IMG/VR virus record: IMGVR_UViG_3300045971_000163
Coordinates: 40,140-104,139 of that record
Reading direction: 5' to 3' (one strand)
Length of the DNA: 64,000 bases
Origin: a virus
Shown: piece by piece, positions 9,478-18,719 of the stretch
Numbering within the stretch: the stretch's first letter is position 1
How the letters are laid out: the number at the start of each line of letters is the position of its first letter
The notes under the pieces: model-generated
Told to the model about the DNA's origin: nothing
Seen by the model: the letters and a program-made list of their open reading frames with translations, nothing else
Database searches by the model: none
Translations under genes and position numbers: made by a program

Positions 9478-11014
9478 TTTTTCCTAATGTATCGTTTGCA
9501 GTATCCCAGCCGTGGCCGTTATCTGTATCGTAATCTTCAGTAGTTGCAGGGTCGCCAGCGCGAGTACGCTCTGTTTCACTTGCGTATACTTGAGTAAGAA
9601 TCTCAGTCGCAGTTGGTGTTTCAACATCAATACTATCTAAGAAGTCTACGAACTCTTTAGGGAAAGTAGCACGGAAGTCTTTGCCGCGACGAACGTCGTA
9701 TTGTAAGTAAAAGTTCTTGAAGTCGTTGTATAACTTAGGAGTCTCTGCCGTGTTCTTATGCGGAGTTTTAACTACGTCTAAGTAGTCAACTAATCGTAAT
9801 GTCTGAGCACGTTCCCAGTCGTTAAATATTTGTTGCCCGGTGTGGTCCTTTTCATCAGCAGTAATCTGCACGTTGTACCAGTCTTCTAACTTCACTTTGT
9901 ACTTGTGTTTGATCTCTTCTGGTAGTATTGCGCAGGCTTGGAAGCTAGGGAATCGCAAAATATTAAGCGACATTGCACACCATTGCGCTCCATGCTTACG
10001 CTTAATAGCCAACATGTCGTCCATAAACTCAGTGATGCTTGCGAGGCAAAGGCTATTGATAGTCATCATACAATGAAGTCTACGGACGTTACCCTCAACA
10101 ATAATGCGCTCAATGTTTGCTAACCATTGCTGATAATCCATACCATCGCGAATATACTCGCTGTGAGCACCAATGCTTTCATTACTTGTATAAATGTCAA
10201 ACTGTGGAACATAATGGCTCATTGTAATGAGCTTGTCCAACAACGCTTTCTTGGGAACAAGATTGGAGTTAACTGCATAGCGCATTTTTGCTCCTTTTTC
10301 AGGGTTTGCCTTAAACCAGTCAAACAACTTCCATACAGAGGGAGCCATGAGGGGTTCGCCTCCTGTAATCCGAATCTCTTCAAGATTATCTGACAGGCTG
10401 CTATTCCACCATTTCCAGAAGGCTTGGATGTAGGGATTGTCGTCGTCTTTTTCGGCGGCGTTTTCTGCCCACGGTGCTGTATCAATGAAGTGCCCTCGTC
10501 CATCAGATACGATGTTACGATAGGGACCAAACTTTTTAATGTCGCGTACCCAAGCAGTGCTAAAGGCAGGATTGCAATAAGAGCAAGAAAAATTGCAAGT
10601 GCGCTCAAAGCTAATTTCCAACGTCTTGAGATCGACATCCGCGTCCCACGGCATTTGTGTTGATTTGGTAATGTCTGCATCTTCGTAAATCTCTGTCTTA
10701 AATACACGGTCGCTAACATTATCACGATCCATATCCTCCACTTTCCAGCAGTATTCGCATTCGTGCGGTCGTGTGCCTTCTAACATCATCTTACGCATTT
10801 TCTTCTTGTGTTGCGTATTGTGGATGGCAGACGGGTTGTCTTTAATCTCGTCCAGATCAATTTTGTGGGCTGGTGGGTGGTGACAACTTGTCGTCTGTCC
10901 ATGCCCCAACCATATTGTTGCGTTATACCATTTTGCTGAACAGTACGAATCAGAAATAGGGTCAATGACCCTAACCTTAAACTCTTTTAGACTCTCGTTT
11001 GCTTTGCGACCCAT
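9470..11014 (-). CDS. Radical SAM protein with N-terminal twitch-like domain
   Basis: YCSAKW...SCHHP...CEYCW, then CNFSCSYC and GGEPLM. Confidence 0.9.
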   Translation of the reverse strand: MGRKANESLKEFKVRVIDPISDSYCSAKWYNATIWLGHGQTTSCHHPPAHKIDLDEIKDNPSAIHNTQHKKKMRKMMLEGTRPHECEYCWKVEDMDRDNVSDRVFKTEIYEDADITKSTQMPWDADVDLKTLEISFERTCNFSCSYCNPAFSTAWVRDIKKFGPYRNIVSDGRGHFIDTAPWAENAAEKDDDNPYIQAFWKWWNSSLSDNLEEIRITGGEPLMAPSVWKLFDWFKANPEKGAKMRYAVNSNLVPKKALLDKLITMSHYVPQFDIYTSNESIGAHSEYIRDGMDYQQWLANIERIIVEGNVRRLHCMMTINSLCLASITEFMDDMLAIKRKHGAQWCAMSLNILRFPSFQACAILPEEIKHKYKVKLEDWYNVQITADEKDHTGQQIFNDWERAQTLRLVDYLDVVKTPHKNTAETPKLYNDFKNFYLQYDVRRGKDFRATFPKEFVDFLDSIDVETPTATEILTQVYASETERTRAGDPATTEDYDTDNGHGWDTANDTLGKNG

Positions 11015-11016
11015 TG

Positions 11017-12552
11017 TTATCCTTTAGTGAATGCTTTCATGCACTCGATGTAATATTTACGCATTTCAGGGAACACTTCCATAAATTCTGTGTTGCGCCT
11101 GTTATCGTACTCAGTTATGAACTCGTAGAATGTCACTTTGTTTGTTAGTGTTTGCTGTGGTGGCAATTCCTGTTCCATTATAGCAAGATCACGTTTAACT
11201 TTCAATATCTCATATGGTTTGAATCCCTCAAACGTTGTAGAGTAATCGTCTTGCTGTACATTCTCTTCCATAAACGCGAGCACTTCCTTTACTTGTTCAA
11301 TGCCCCATTGTCCAGCATTTTGAATACTGAACCACGGAGGGTATCTCAAAATTGGTATATCGAACCAAATACGCTGATGCTTTTTAATCGTTACAGGCGG
11401 ATGTTTGAAATCACCATTATCTGGCGGGTATATAACATAGTCCTCTTGCACACGACCACCAAACTCTTTGCGCAAGTCTAAAATCATTTGCAAAAACTGT
11501 CGCAGCGATGGAATACTTAGCAAGGTAAACGTGTTGATGAAACTAATACTTGAGTATTTTGTTTCACGCAAGTAAGTACGCACGTTAGCTAACATTTGCT
11601 CAAAGTCTAATCCAGTACGCATATACTCTGCTTGCTTACCATATCCGTCCACGCTGACAAACACCATAAAGTGTTTGTATGCTGGCGCCACATACCAGTT
11701 ATTTTGCGAGTTCTCGTTGAAGTTTTCTTTGTCTTCCCAAATACGAACTTCCTCTAATGCTTGCACTTTGCTTATAAACTTGGTAAACAGTTTCTGATCT
11801 GGAGGGCAAAAGTTGCTCGTAATAGATAGCTCAAGTTGTCCATTTGGATGTTCGTTTACATAGTCAAGAACTTTAAAAGTGTTCTTGTCCATCAACGGCT
11901 CGCCACCCGTCATTCGGAATACTTTTAGCTGCCTATATATTGTAGGCCACCATTCCCAAAATGCCGATACATACGGATTGTCTTTGTTTGCTACTTTAAG
12001 CGGCATCATACCGCGCTTGGCTAATGCGTCTATGTTATTGTGCGCACCAGTGCTCAACATGTAGGGACCAAACTTTTTAATCTCATCTTCCCATGTTGTG
12101 GACAAGTGTGGAGAGCAGTACATACATTTAAAATTGCATGCTTGGTTGAAGTTTACCTCTACATAACGAGGGGTAACGCTTTCATCTATAGTGCCGCTTG
12201 CTACTTCGTTAAAGGTGGGCGCTGCCCACCATTCACTAGAACGGTAATGACGGTCAGATAAATGGTCTCCTGCGTCCTCTACTTTCCAGCAGTAAGCACA
12301 GCCAGGTGGTCGCTCGCCAGCGATCATTTGCTTACGCTCGTGTATTTTTATTTTTGTATTGTGTAGCGCAGATGGTGATGCTGCTAACTCGTCTAGCGGA
12401 ATAAGGTGCGCTGGCGGGTGATAACATGATTGTGTCATGCCTGCTGGCAAGTTGATGCTTACTTGCTGCCATTTTGCTAGGCAGAGTGAAGGCGACACTG
12501 CATTTAACTTGGTTCGCATTTCTGCGGCAGCGTCATTATATTCCATTACCAA
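11017..12552 (-). CDS. Radical SAM protein with N-terminal twitch-like domain
   Basis: LCLAKW...SCYHP...CAYCW, then CNFKCMYC and GGEPLM. Clear paralog of 9470..11014. Confidence 0.9.
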   Translation of the reverse strand: MVMEYNDAAAEMRTKLNAVSPSLCLAKWQQVSINLPAGMTQSCYHPPAHLIPLDELAASPSALHNTKIKIHERKQMIAGERPPGCAYCWKVEDAGDHLSDRHYRSSEWWAAPTFNEVASGTIDESVTPRYVEVNFNQACNFKCMYCSPHLSTTWEDEIKKFGPYMLSTGAHNNIDALAKRGMMPLKVANKDNPYVSAFWEWWPTIYRQLKVFRMTGGEPLMDKNTFKVLDYVNEHPNGQLELSITSNFCPPDQKLFTKFISKVQALEEVRIWEDKENFNENSQNNWYVAPAYKHFMVFVSVDGYGKQAEYMRTGLDFEQMLANVRTYLRETKYSSISFINTFTLLSIPSLRQFLQMILDLRKEFGGRVQEDYVIYPPDNGDFKHPPVTIKKHQRIWFDIPILRYPPWFSIQNAGQWGIEQVKEVLAFMEENVQQDDYSTTFEGFKPYEILKVKRDLAIMEQELPPQQTLTNKVTFYEFITEYDNRRNTEFMEVFPEMRKYYIECMKAFTKG

Positions 12553-13502
12553 CCCTCAAGTTTCCTAATTACTGAAATCTCTGTCGTCATCAGTGCTAGG
12601 TTTTTGTGCCCTGTTGCGTAGTGGTGCTTGAAAAACTTTGATTGGTCGTAGTCGTAGTCAACAATAGGCAGCGACAATTTTTGTTGTAACCCGTTCCATA
12701 TGTCGCATTGCAAACTTGACCAATCACGAGAATCTATTTCTTGAAATTCAAACTCTACATCTTCCCACAGTTCTTCTAGTTTAGCAAAGTCTTGTACATC
12801 ACGGTAGTCCCAGTCTTTGCCAAGCATAGTTAAGTAAGTGCCGTATCGTGCGCCCCACATCGCGTAGTTACCGTTCGTTACATCAGCACCAACACTCTGC
12901 CAGATACATAGATGGTCGTAGTTACGATTATGTACTTTTTCCTCAAACTCTTTGAGCGTGGGTTTTGCTCCACGGTCGAGGCACATTTTTACACCTTCCC
13001 TGAAGCCTGCTCTCCATGCTTGGAACGGTGAAGCGTTAGGGTAAGTGGTTGAGTAGCAGTTGTGCATGGCAATGTATTTTGGATCATAGCAAAACTCAAC
13101 CGCAGTGTCATCACTACCATTGCTAGCCTCATGTGTTTTCATGTTGTAAACAAACTCTTTGCTCCAGCATGACATGCCACCGTTACCGTACATTAGTCCG
13201 TTGATGTGGTTACGGGCTTTCCAGCGAAATGCTTTACCCTTGTCCTCTACATCGTCTAGTGTAAGTTGTAGGTTAAAAAATTCTGCGTCAGGTAGATTAT
13301 CGCCGTCAATGAGCACAAAGTAATCTGTGTCGCTTGCATCTGCCGCTGCCTTGTGCGCTGCATCACTACCCTTAACCCCGTCTACTCGTTTTGCCCACGG
13401 CACCATGTTTTGAATCTTAATCCAAAACTCTTCTTTTTTCGGCTCATCAAACGTAAGGAAAACGCAATCCAAATCCGCAATATCAATAATCTGTTTAGTC
13501 AT
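12546..13502 (-). CDS. Glycosyltransferase-like protein (GT-A fold)
   Basis: AHKAAA...YFVLIDGDN (DxD-like) and AWRAGFREGVK, typical of large-phage GT2-like proteins. Confidence 0.65.
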   Translation of the reverse strand: MTKQIIDIADLDCVFLTFDEPKKEEFWIKIQNMVPWAKRVDGVKGSDAAHKAAADASDTDYFVLIDGDNLPDAEFFNLQLTLDDVEDKGKAFRWKARNHINGLMYGNGGMSCWSKEFVYNMKTHEASNGSDDTAVEFCYDPKYIAMHNCYSTTYPNASPFQAWRAGFREGVKMCLDRGAKPTLKEFEEKVHNRNYDHLCIWQSVGADVTNGNYAMWGARYGTYLTMLGKDWDYRDVQDFAKLEELWEDVEFEFQEIDSRDWSSLQCDIWNGLQQKLSLPIVDYDYDQSKFFKHHYATGHKNLALMTTEISVIRKLEGW

Positions 13503-13851
13503 ATTTTATGTCGCTGTAATATTCGTGTTCAAAATCTTCGTCTTCTTCAAGTATCAACGCAGCATGTTTCTTTGCTACCTTATACTGATCGCCGCCTTGT
13601 GCAAGCTTTTTATATTTTGGCGACCTGTCAATCAATTTCAACTTGCCGTTCCGTACACAATACTCAAAAAAGTTATCGTACTCAACTCGTGTCACCACAA
13701 TGTAGTTACCAGATTCTGGATGTTGCTGCATACAGCACATTATGATATCACCAGCATCATTATAGTAAACTCTGTACTCTAACTCAAGTGGTTTGACTGG
13801 TTCTATTAGCTCAAATGCTTTTATTAGCTCATCTAAAGAGTTCATGCTCAT
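13495..13851 (-). CDS. Hypothetical protein
   Basis: 118-aa ORF overlapping both neighbours. Confidence 0.7.
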   Translation of the reverse strand: MSMNSLDELIKAFELIEPVKPLELEYRVYYNDAGDIIMCCMQQHPESGNYIVVTRVEYDNFFEYCVRNGKLKLIDRSPKYKKLAQGGDQYKVAKKHAALILEEDEDFEHEYYSDIKYD

Positions 13852-14683
13852 ACTCCTTAATAATATCGTCCGTTACCCATTCTTTTTCGTGGTAGTGTAC
13901 GGGATGATATTGATTTACAGTGCCAATACGCAACATTGGCAAATCAAGTTCAAATGTCGTAGTTTCGTGCCATGGTTTTTCTGGCCATTGATTGATAGCT
14001 GATTTCATGTGTACAAAGTTGATGAATTCTGCTGTAGGCAATGTACATTGTTCAACACCTAGCAGTTTAGCAGTTAACGCATACACCACATCAGTAGTTG
14101 GATGTGGATCTCTACAGTTTTTTAGTGTGTTGCTTACTGTATCCCAGTTTTCAAAAATCATTCTCGCTACATTAAAAAATGTCGTTGAAAGTCGTGTGTA
14201 TCTAAAATACATTAGCCCATTGTAAGTATCTGGCAACTGGTTGTCGTCAAATACACGGCGATATTTTCTGCTCGTTGCTGTTTTTTGCTGATAGTCTTTA
14301 CATCCAGTGCTTAACACTATATCACGCAACCTAAACGCATGCCACCAATGCGAAATACTTCTGGTGAATAAAATGTCGCTCTCTACTTTTATCGTTTCTT
14401 TAAACGGCGTTAGGTCGCCCACTTGCCACTCGTTGGACAACTTCCATTCTTCGTCTTTAGCAGTGTCGTTATCAATCAAAATAACATAGTCAAACACTTT
14501 CCTATGTTTGTTTGTTACTTCTTTCATTGTCTGCTCGTCAACTAGCACAGCATACTTTTCTGTTGGCATCGTTAGCTTAATGCTCATTGCTTGTAAGTAT
14601 GCCAGCCGCAGATAATCTGTGTCGCTATTGTTTTGCGCAATAGTCACAAATCCTTTTTGCTCTTGGTGTGGTGTTATCCGCAT
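13829..14683 (-). CDS. Glycosyltransferase-like protein (GT8-like)
   Basis: DYLRLAY...SIK, TPFKETIKVESD (DxD-like), TTDVVYA and FVHMK. Confidence 0.65.
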   Translation of the reverse strand: MRITPHQEQKGFVTIAQNNSDTDYLRLAYLQAMSIKLTMPTEKYAVLVDEQTMKEVTNKHRKVFDYVILIDNDTAKDEEWKLSNEWQVGDLTPFKETIKVESDILFTRSISHWWHAFRLRDIVLSTGCKDYQQKTATSRKYRRVFDDNQLPDTYNGLMYFRYTRLSTTFFNVARMIFENWDTVSNTLKNCRDPHPTTDVVYALTAKLLGVEQCTLPTAEFINFVHMKSAINQWPEKPWHETTTFELDLPMLRIGTVNQYHPVHYHEKEWVTDDIIKEYEHELFR

Positions 14684-15435
14684 ATTCGTGTTATGAACCG
14701 TAAATGTGCATCGCTTAACAAATACTGTTTGTCAATGACATGTATATTTTGTCTCGCAATAGCGTGTGCTTTATTTTCCTCTTTTACTATTAGCAAGTTA
14801 CCCTTTACTGTAATGCTAGACACTTTGTCTTTAATCGTTAACATTGTAAAGGGTAGCTTACACTTTTCTTCCGTTGCGTATCCGTTTAGAACATGGTTGG
14901 CAATGGTGAATGCGTAGTCGTTGCGGAAGTTTGATTGATCAATCTGAAACAGTTTACAGTAATACGCATAGTTACGCTGGACTTTACCCGCTAGATCAAA
15001 TAGTTGCTTTGCTTTTAGTGTTTTCTTAAACGCTATCACCGTTGCCCACACATAGGGCAGGCTAGTAATGCCCATTGTGTATGTTGCGTCAGTGGCAAGC
15101 ATCTTGTTATCGTGAACGATTTGATAATCTTCTAAAGTGTTTAGTATTTGCACTAACGAGTCATCTAGCATTAAGTAGTCGCTGTCAATGAGCAATGTTT
15201 CATCATACGGGCTTAACTCAAATGCGTTAAATCTGTTGCCGTTACGCCATTCTGTGCCGCCCTCATACTCACCTATACGCTTGTTTTCTAGTGTATTTTC
15301 TATATCTTCGTCAGTGATGATTGTGGTAGGCAGGTTCAGTGTGCTTTTAACTAGTTTTGCTGCTCGTGCTGCTATTTCCACATAGTCTACTGTGGGCGTA
15401 TTAAACGCAAACATCACTACACCGCGTGTGCTCAT
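14674..15435 (-). CDS. Glycosyltransferase-like protein (GT8-like), paralog of the adjacent gene
   Basis: RGVVMFA...DY, SPYDETLLIDSD (DxD) and RNDYAF. Confidence 0.7.
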   Translation of the reverse strand: MSTRGVVMFAFNTPTVDYVEIAARAAKLVKSTLNLPTTIITDEDIENTLENKRIGEYEGGTEWRNGNRFNAFELSPYDETLLIDSDYLMLDDSLVQILNTLEDYQIVHDNKMLATDATYTMGITSLPYVWATVIAFKKTLKAKQLFDLAGKVQRNYAYYCKLFQIDQSNFRNDYAFTIANHVLNGYATEEKCKLPFTMLTIKDKVSSITVKGNLLIVKEENKAHAIARQNIHVIDKQYLLSDAHLRFITRICG

Positions 15436-15746
15436 AGTTTCCTCAACTTCTTAAGCTCTGCGTGTTCTGTGTGCCAGTAGTTCATTACCTTTTGATAATG
15501 TTGCTGTGCTGTTACTAGAAAAACTTGCCTGCCAACCTCAATAGGATTGTTATAAGTATCCTCAATGTAAAGTGTATCTACTGGCCAAGTTGACACAAAT
15601 GCTAGTAACTCTGGTGTGATTTTGAATAGCCCACCGTTATGAGCAAAATGTAGATCAGTTTGGATTTTTTCTCGTAAAATAGTTTTGTTGGTTTGGTAAT
15701 CAGTTGCTAACTTTATTTGTGCAACTAATGTTTCGGTTTCACTCAT
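15432..15746 (-). CDS. Hypothetical protein
   Basis: Likely start is the ATG at 15746 (MSETET...). The longer start in the ORF track lies inside a hairpin. Overlaps the next gene (ATGA). Confidence 0.7.
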   Translation of the reverse strand: MSETETLVAQIKLATDYQTNKTILREKIQTDLHFAHNGGLFKITPELLAFVSTWPVDTLYIEDTYNNPIEVGRQVFLVTAQQHYQKVMNYWHTEHAELKKLRKL

Positions 15747-15760
15747 TGTGTTTTGTCCAT

Positions 15761-15790
15761 AAAAATAGGTAAGTTGTGACACTTACCTAT
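15761..15790 (-). terminator. Putative intrinsic terminator after the tail-fibre block
   Basis: Perfect 10-bp inverted repeat ATAGGTAAGT (15765-15774) / ACTTACCTAT (15781-15790), followed by a T run on the minus strand. The stem is AT-rich. Confidence 0.55.
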
Positions 15791-15820
15791 ATTTTAGCAT
15801 GGAAGCTGGTTATGCTTCAA
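15791..15820 (-). promoter_or_regulatory. Sigma70-like promoter for the glycosyltransferase/radical SAM operon
   Basis: Minus strand TTGAAG-18 nt-TAAAAT with an extended -10 TGn. Confidence 0.5.
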
Positions 15821-15834
15821 CTATTTTGGCTGTA

Positions 15835-16704
15835 TTAAGTTAATACTGGTGTGCCCCACACGTTTGTTAAGTTTGTGGTTTCTGGGTAGATTGCATAGGC
15901 TGTTACTGTGAGTGACAGTACCACTGTACCACCAAAAGAATTATCAGCTGGAATAGTTAACGTTGCGTTATGCATAACTGATGCACCGTTTGCCCCATTT
16001 GTGGTATCTGCCACTGAGGCTGAATAAATGGATTGGCTAGCTGATGTAGTTGCATATGGTGCTGCTGAAGCAGTAGTTGATACTAACGACGATACAGTAG
16101 TTAATCCGCGATAGCCAACGGCTGTAATATTGTTTGTTGCATTATTAACAGTAACATTGAGTGCAGAAAAATCATTTTTTGCTGCAATTGATCGCGCTGT
16201 GCCAGAAGAATCAACTGCCGAGCAAACAAATTGTATTCTGCCACCACAATTAAAAAATAATCTTGCTTGGTTTGCTGAAGCAAAAGTAACTGTACTGATA
16301 ACAGATGGTGTTGCTGCTGCGGTAGCAGCAATATTAACTGACCCTGTTTTAGTGCCCAATGACACCGTTGCCCCACTGGATGCATAATTTGCTCTATTAG
16401 TATACGCCGTATTCACCGCAGCTTGTAATGTACTTAAATATGTAATTGTATTACCGGCTGTAGGTGCTGAAATACCAGATCCAGCCCCAGCTTGGTGAGT
16501 AAGTATACTATTAAGATTATTAATCAGTGATGCCCATTGTACTGCGGTTACTGTGTCAGTACCAGCAGTTACCACTGGAATTGCAGTTTGACCATAACCA
16601 GCGGCGCCACTGCCAGTGGACCAAACCGTGTTTAGCTGATTAGTGCCGTTAATTAAATTGTTGTAATCTGATGCCTGAATCAGGCCGCCTGATGCGTATG
16701 TCAT
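15835..16704 (-). CDS. Putative virion structural protein (tail-fibre associated)
   Basis: Thr/Ser/Ala/Gly-rich, contains FFNCGG, and is preceded by late promoter GATAAATA (16728-16735). Confidence 0.65.
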   Translation of the reverse strand: MTYASGGLIQASDYNNLINGTNQLNTVWSTGSGAAGYGQTAIPVVTAGTDTVTAVQWASLINNLNSILTHQAGAGSGISAPTAGNTITYLSTLQAAVNTAYTNRANYASSGATVSLGTKTGSVNIAATAAATPSVISTVTFASANQARLFFNCGGRIQFVCSAVDSSGTARSIAAKNDFSALNVTVNNATNNITAVGYRGLTTVSSLVSTTASAAPYATTSASQSIYSASVADTTNGANGASVMHNATLTIPADNSFGGTVVLSLTVTAYAIYPETTNLTNVWGTPVLT

Positions 16705-16722
16705 AATATTAAATCCTTGATT

Positions 16723-18669
16723 TTATGTATTTATCTTAACAATAGCATTAATTAACTTTTCTAATGCATTATCGTTCGTTTCCAACGCACGGCCAATCAC
16801 GTTAAATGCAGTTAATTCTGCCATTTCTGCTGCCCTTGCTACGCCGTTTCCAGCACTTACTAACCTGTCGCCTTTTTTCACTGTCCCAACCACCCTAACT
16901 GGCGCTTTACCAGCCAAAACTACTGCGGGATGCGTTTCGTTACTACCAGATTCCGCATTCATTAAATATGCTGGATTCGTAGATACAACACCAAAAATTT
17001 TCTCGCTGCTATCACGTAGTTCCATTGTAACTTCAGCAGTTCCGCCAATGGTCAACACCGTGCCAGGTACATACTCTGCGTCAGCCGCAAAGCGTTCTGC
17101 CAAGTCAGCGTAGTTTGCTGTTGACGCATTACCATTAAACGTCGTAGCATACACTGCATTGAACTTTAAACCACTGGAACCAATGTTGTATACATTGTTA
17201 AACCCTGCGGCTGGGATAATATTTCCAGTAATTGCTGTTAAGTTTACTGCTCCAGCACTAATTCCGTCAACATACCCTTTCGTAGCAATAGTAGTAGGTA
17301 CATCGCCTGTAACAGGGGTTATAGTAGTTGCTTTACCTGTGGTGCCATCAATGCTAATAACGTTGGTAGGCACACCACCAACTTTAACAGACAAGTACAT
17401 TGACTTCCCAGATACATCACTAACTAAATTTACTGCGTTTGAGTTGACATTAACTTTAAAGTCTGCTGATGCGCCAATAGAAATACCAGTATTAGTAGTA
17501 ATACTTGGGGCAACCGTAAACACTGCGTTAGCTGCGTTATCTAATCTAGCGTAGCTAGTTGCTAACACACCAGATAACCTAGAAGAGTCATACGCTAACC
17601 CTGTGAAATTTGTAGCATATATATTAGCAAATGATGCTGCTACAGAACCCAAATTGTATGATCCTGTGGTTTGCGGTAAAATAGTGCCAGTAATTTCGTT
17701 AGCACCATCTCGCATTAGCGCCGCGCTAGTTGAGCCAGAAGTAACACTATCAAGATACCCCTTAGTTACGATTGTAGCTGCTGGGTCCGACACTGTCGTA
17801 GTCTGTGCACTTGCTTTGCCTGTTGTGCCATCTAACCAGATAAGTTTAGTTGCTGTACCGCCTACTGTAGCGTACAATCCCAAATCACAGCCTGTAATAT
17901 TGCTAATTAATTGCGTATCTGTGTTGGAAGTTTTTACTGTGAAGTTACTGCTTGCACCAACAGTTAATCCATTGTTTGCAGTAATTGCCAACGCACCAGT
18001 CAACGTACCAGGTACGTCAGTACGCAAGTAGTTTGCTGCTATAATTCCACCCAATTTGGCAGCATTGTCCGTCAAACCATAGTAGCCTAAGCTGTTTTCT
18101 GACGACAAGTTAAAACCTGGGTTAATAATGCTGAAACCAGGGATTGTTGTGATAGTAAACGATGGGTCTTTGCTTAGGATAGCGACTACAGTGTTGAACA
18201 CTGTAAATTTAATAATAATGTGTGATTGTCCGCCGCCTGCTTCAAGGATGCTATCCGCAACCATACCAGTTTGCCCAGTGTTAGCACTGTTCATTGGGCC
18301 AATAATTTTCCATTCTGTGCCCGCATACGCTTTCAACTGTAAATTAACTGGGTCCCACCAAATATCACCAGCCATTGGGTTGGTTGGTTGCGTTGGAGTA
18401 GAGCCTGATACTGTTTTCCAGCCAGAGTTAGACCTGATACTAAGGCGTTTGTTTGTGGTATCCCACCATAATTGACCTTCAACTGCGGCGCGAGGTTCTG
18501 TACTATTAGCAAAGTTCTCTAAGATTTGAACAAAATTCTCGTTCAAAAACTTACCGTAGCCTGGGTAATTCTTGCCAATTAGGGTCAAACTTGACGCTGA
18601 TTCATCCACTTGCCCGTCTGGGACAGTAACCAGTGGTTGACCATTAGAAAGTGTTATATTGTATGCCAT
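16723..18669 (-). CDS. Tail fibre / baseplate-attached protein
   Basis: Shared N-terminal module (SLTLIGKNYPGYG...LENFAN...GQLWWD). C-terminal YADLAERF...GVVSTNPAYLMN...GDRLVS domain is typical of fibre chaperone/autocleavage-like domains. Late promoter at 18704-18711. Confidence 0.75.
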   Translation of the reverse strand: MAYNITLSNGQPLVTVPDGQVDESASSLTLIGKNYPGYGKFLNENFVQILENFANSTEPRAAVEGQLWWDTTNKRLSIRSNSGWKTVSGSTPTQPTNPMAGDIWWDPVNLQLKAYAGTEWKIIGPMNSANTGQTGMVADSILEAGGGQSHIIIKFTVFNTVVAILSKDPSFTITTIPGFSIINPGFNLSSENSLGYYGLTDNAAKLGGIIAANYLRTDVPGTLTGALAITANNGLTVGASSNFTVKTSNTDTQLISNITGCDLGLYATVGGTATKLIWLDGTTGKASAQTTTVSDPAATIVTKGYLDSVTSGSTSAALMRDGANEITGTILPQTTGSYNLGSVAASFANIYATNFTGLAYDSSRLSGVLATSYARLDNAANAVFTVAPSITTNTGISIGASADFKVNVNSNAVNLVSDVSGKSMYLSVKVGGVPTNVISIDGTTGKATTITPVTGDVPTTIATKGYVDGISAGAVNLTAITGNIIPAAGFNNVYNIGSSGLKFNAVYATTFNGNASTANYADLAERFAADAEYVPGTVLTIGGTAEVTMELRDSSEKIFGVVSTNPAYLMNAESGSNETHPAVVLAGKAPVRVVGTVKKGDRLVSAGNGVARAAEMAELTAFNVIGRALETNDNALEKLINAIVKINT

Positions 18670-18719
18670 TTAGATCTAAACTCCAATTTGTGTATCTTAC
18701 TCTTATTTATCCGCGGATA

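Noticed and set aside
10219-10725. 168-aa alternative-frame ORF and the many short antisense ORFs in the track
   Set aside because: They lie within well-supported genes and lack start signals or motifs.
3625-15746. RiPP cluster with a precursor peptide for the SPASM-type enzymes
   Set aside because: No short precursor-like ORF, RRE/PqqD domain, peptidase or transporter seen; the glycosyltransferase context fits better.
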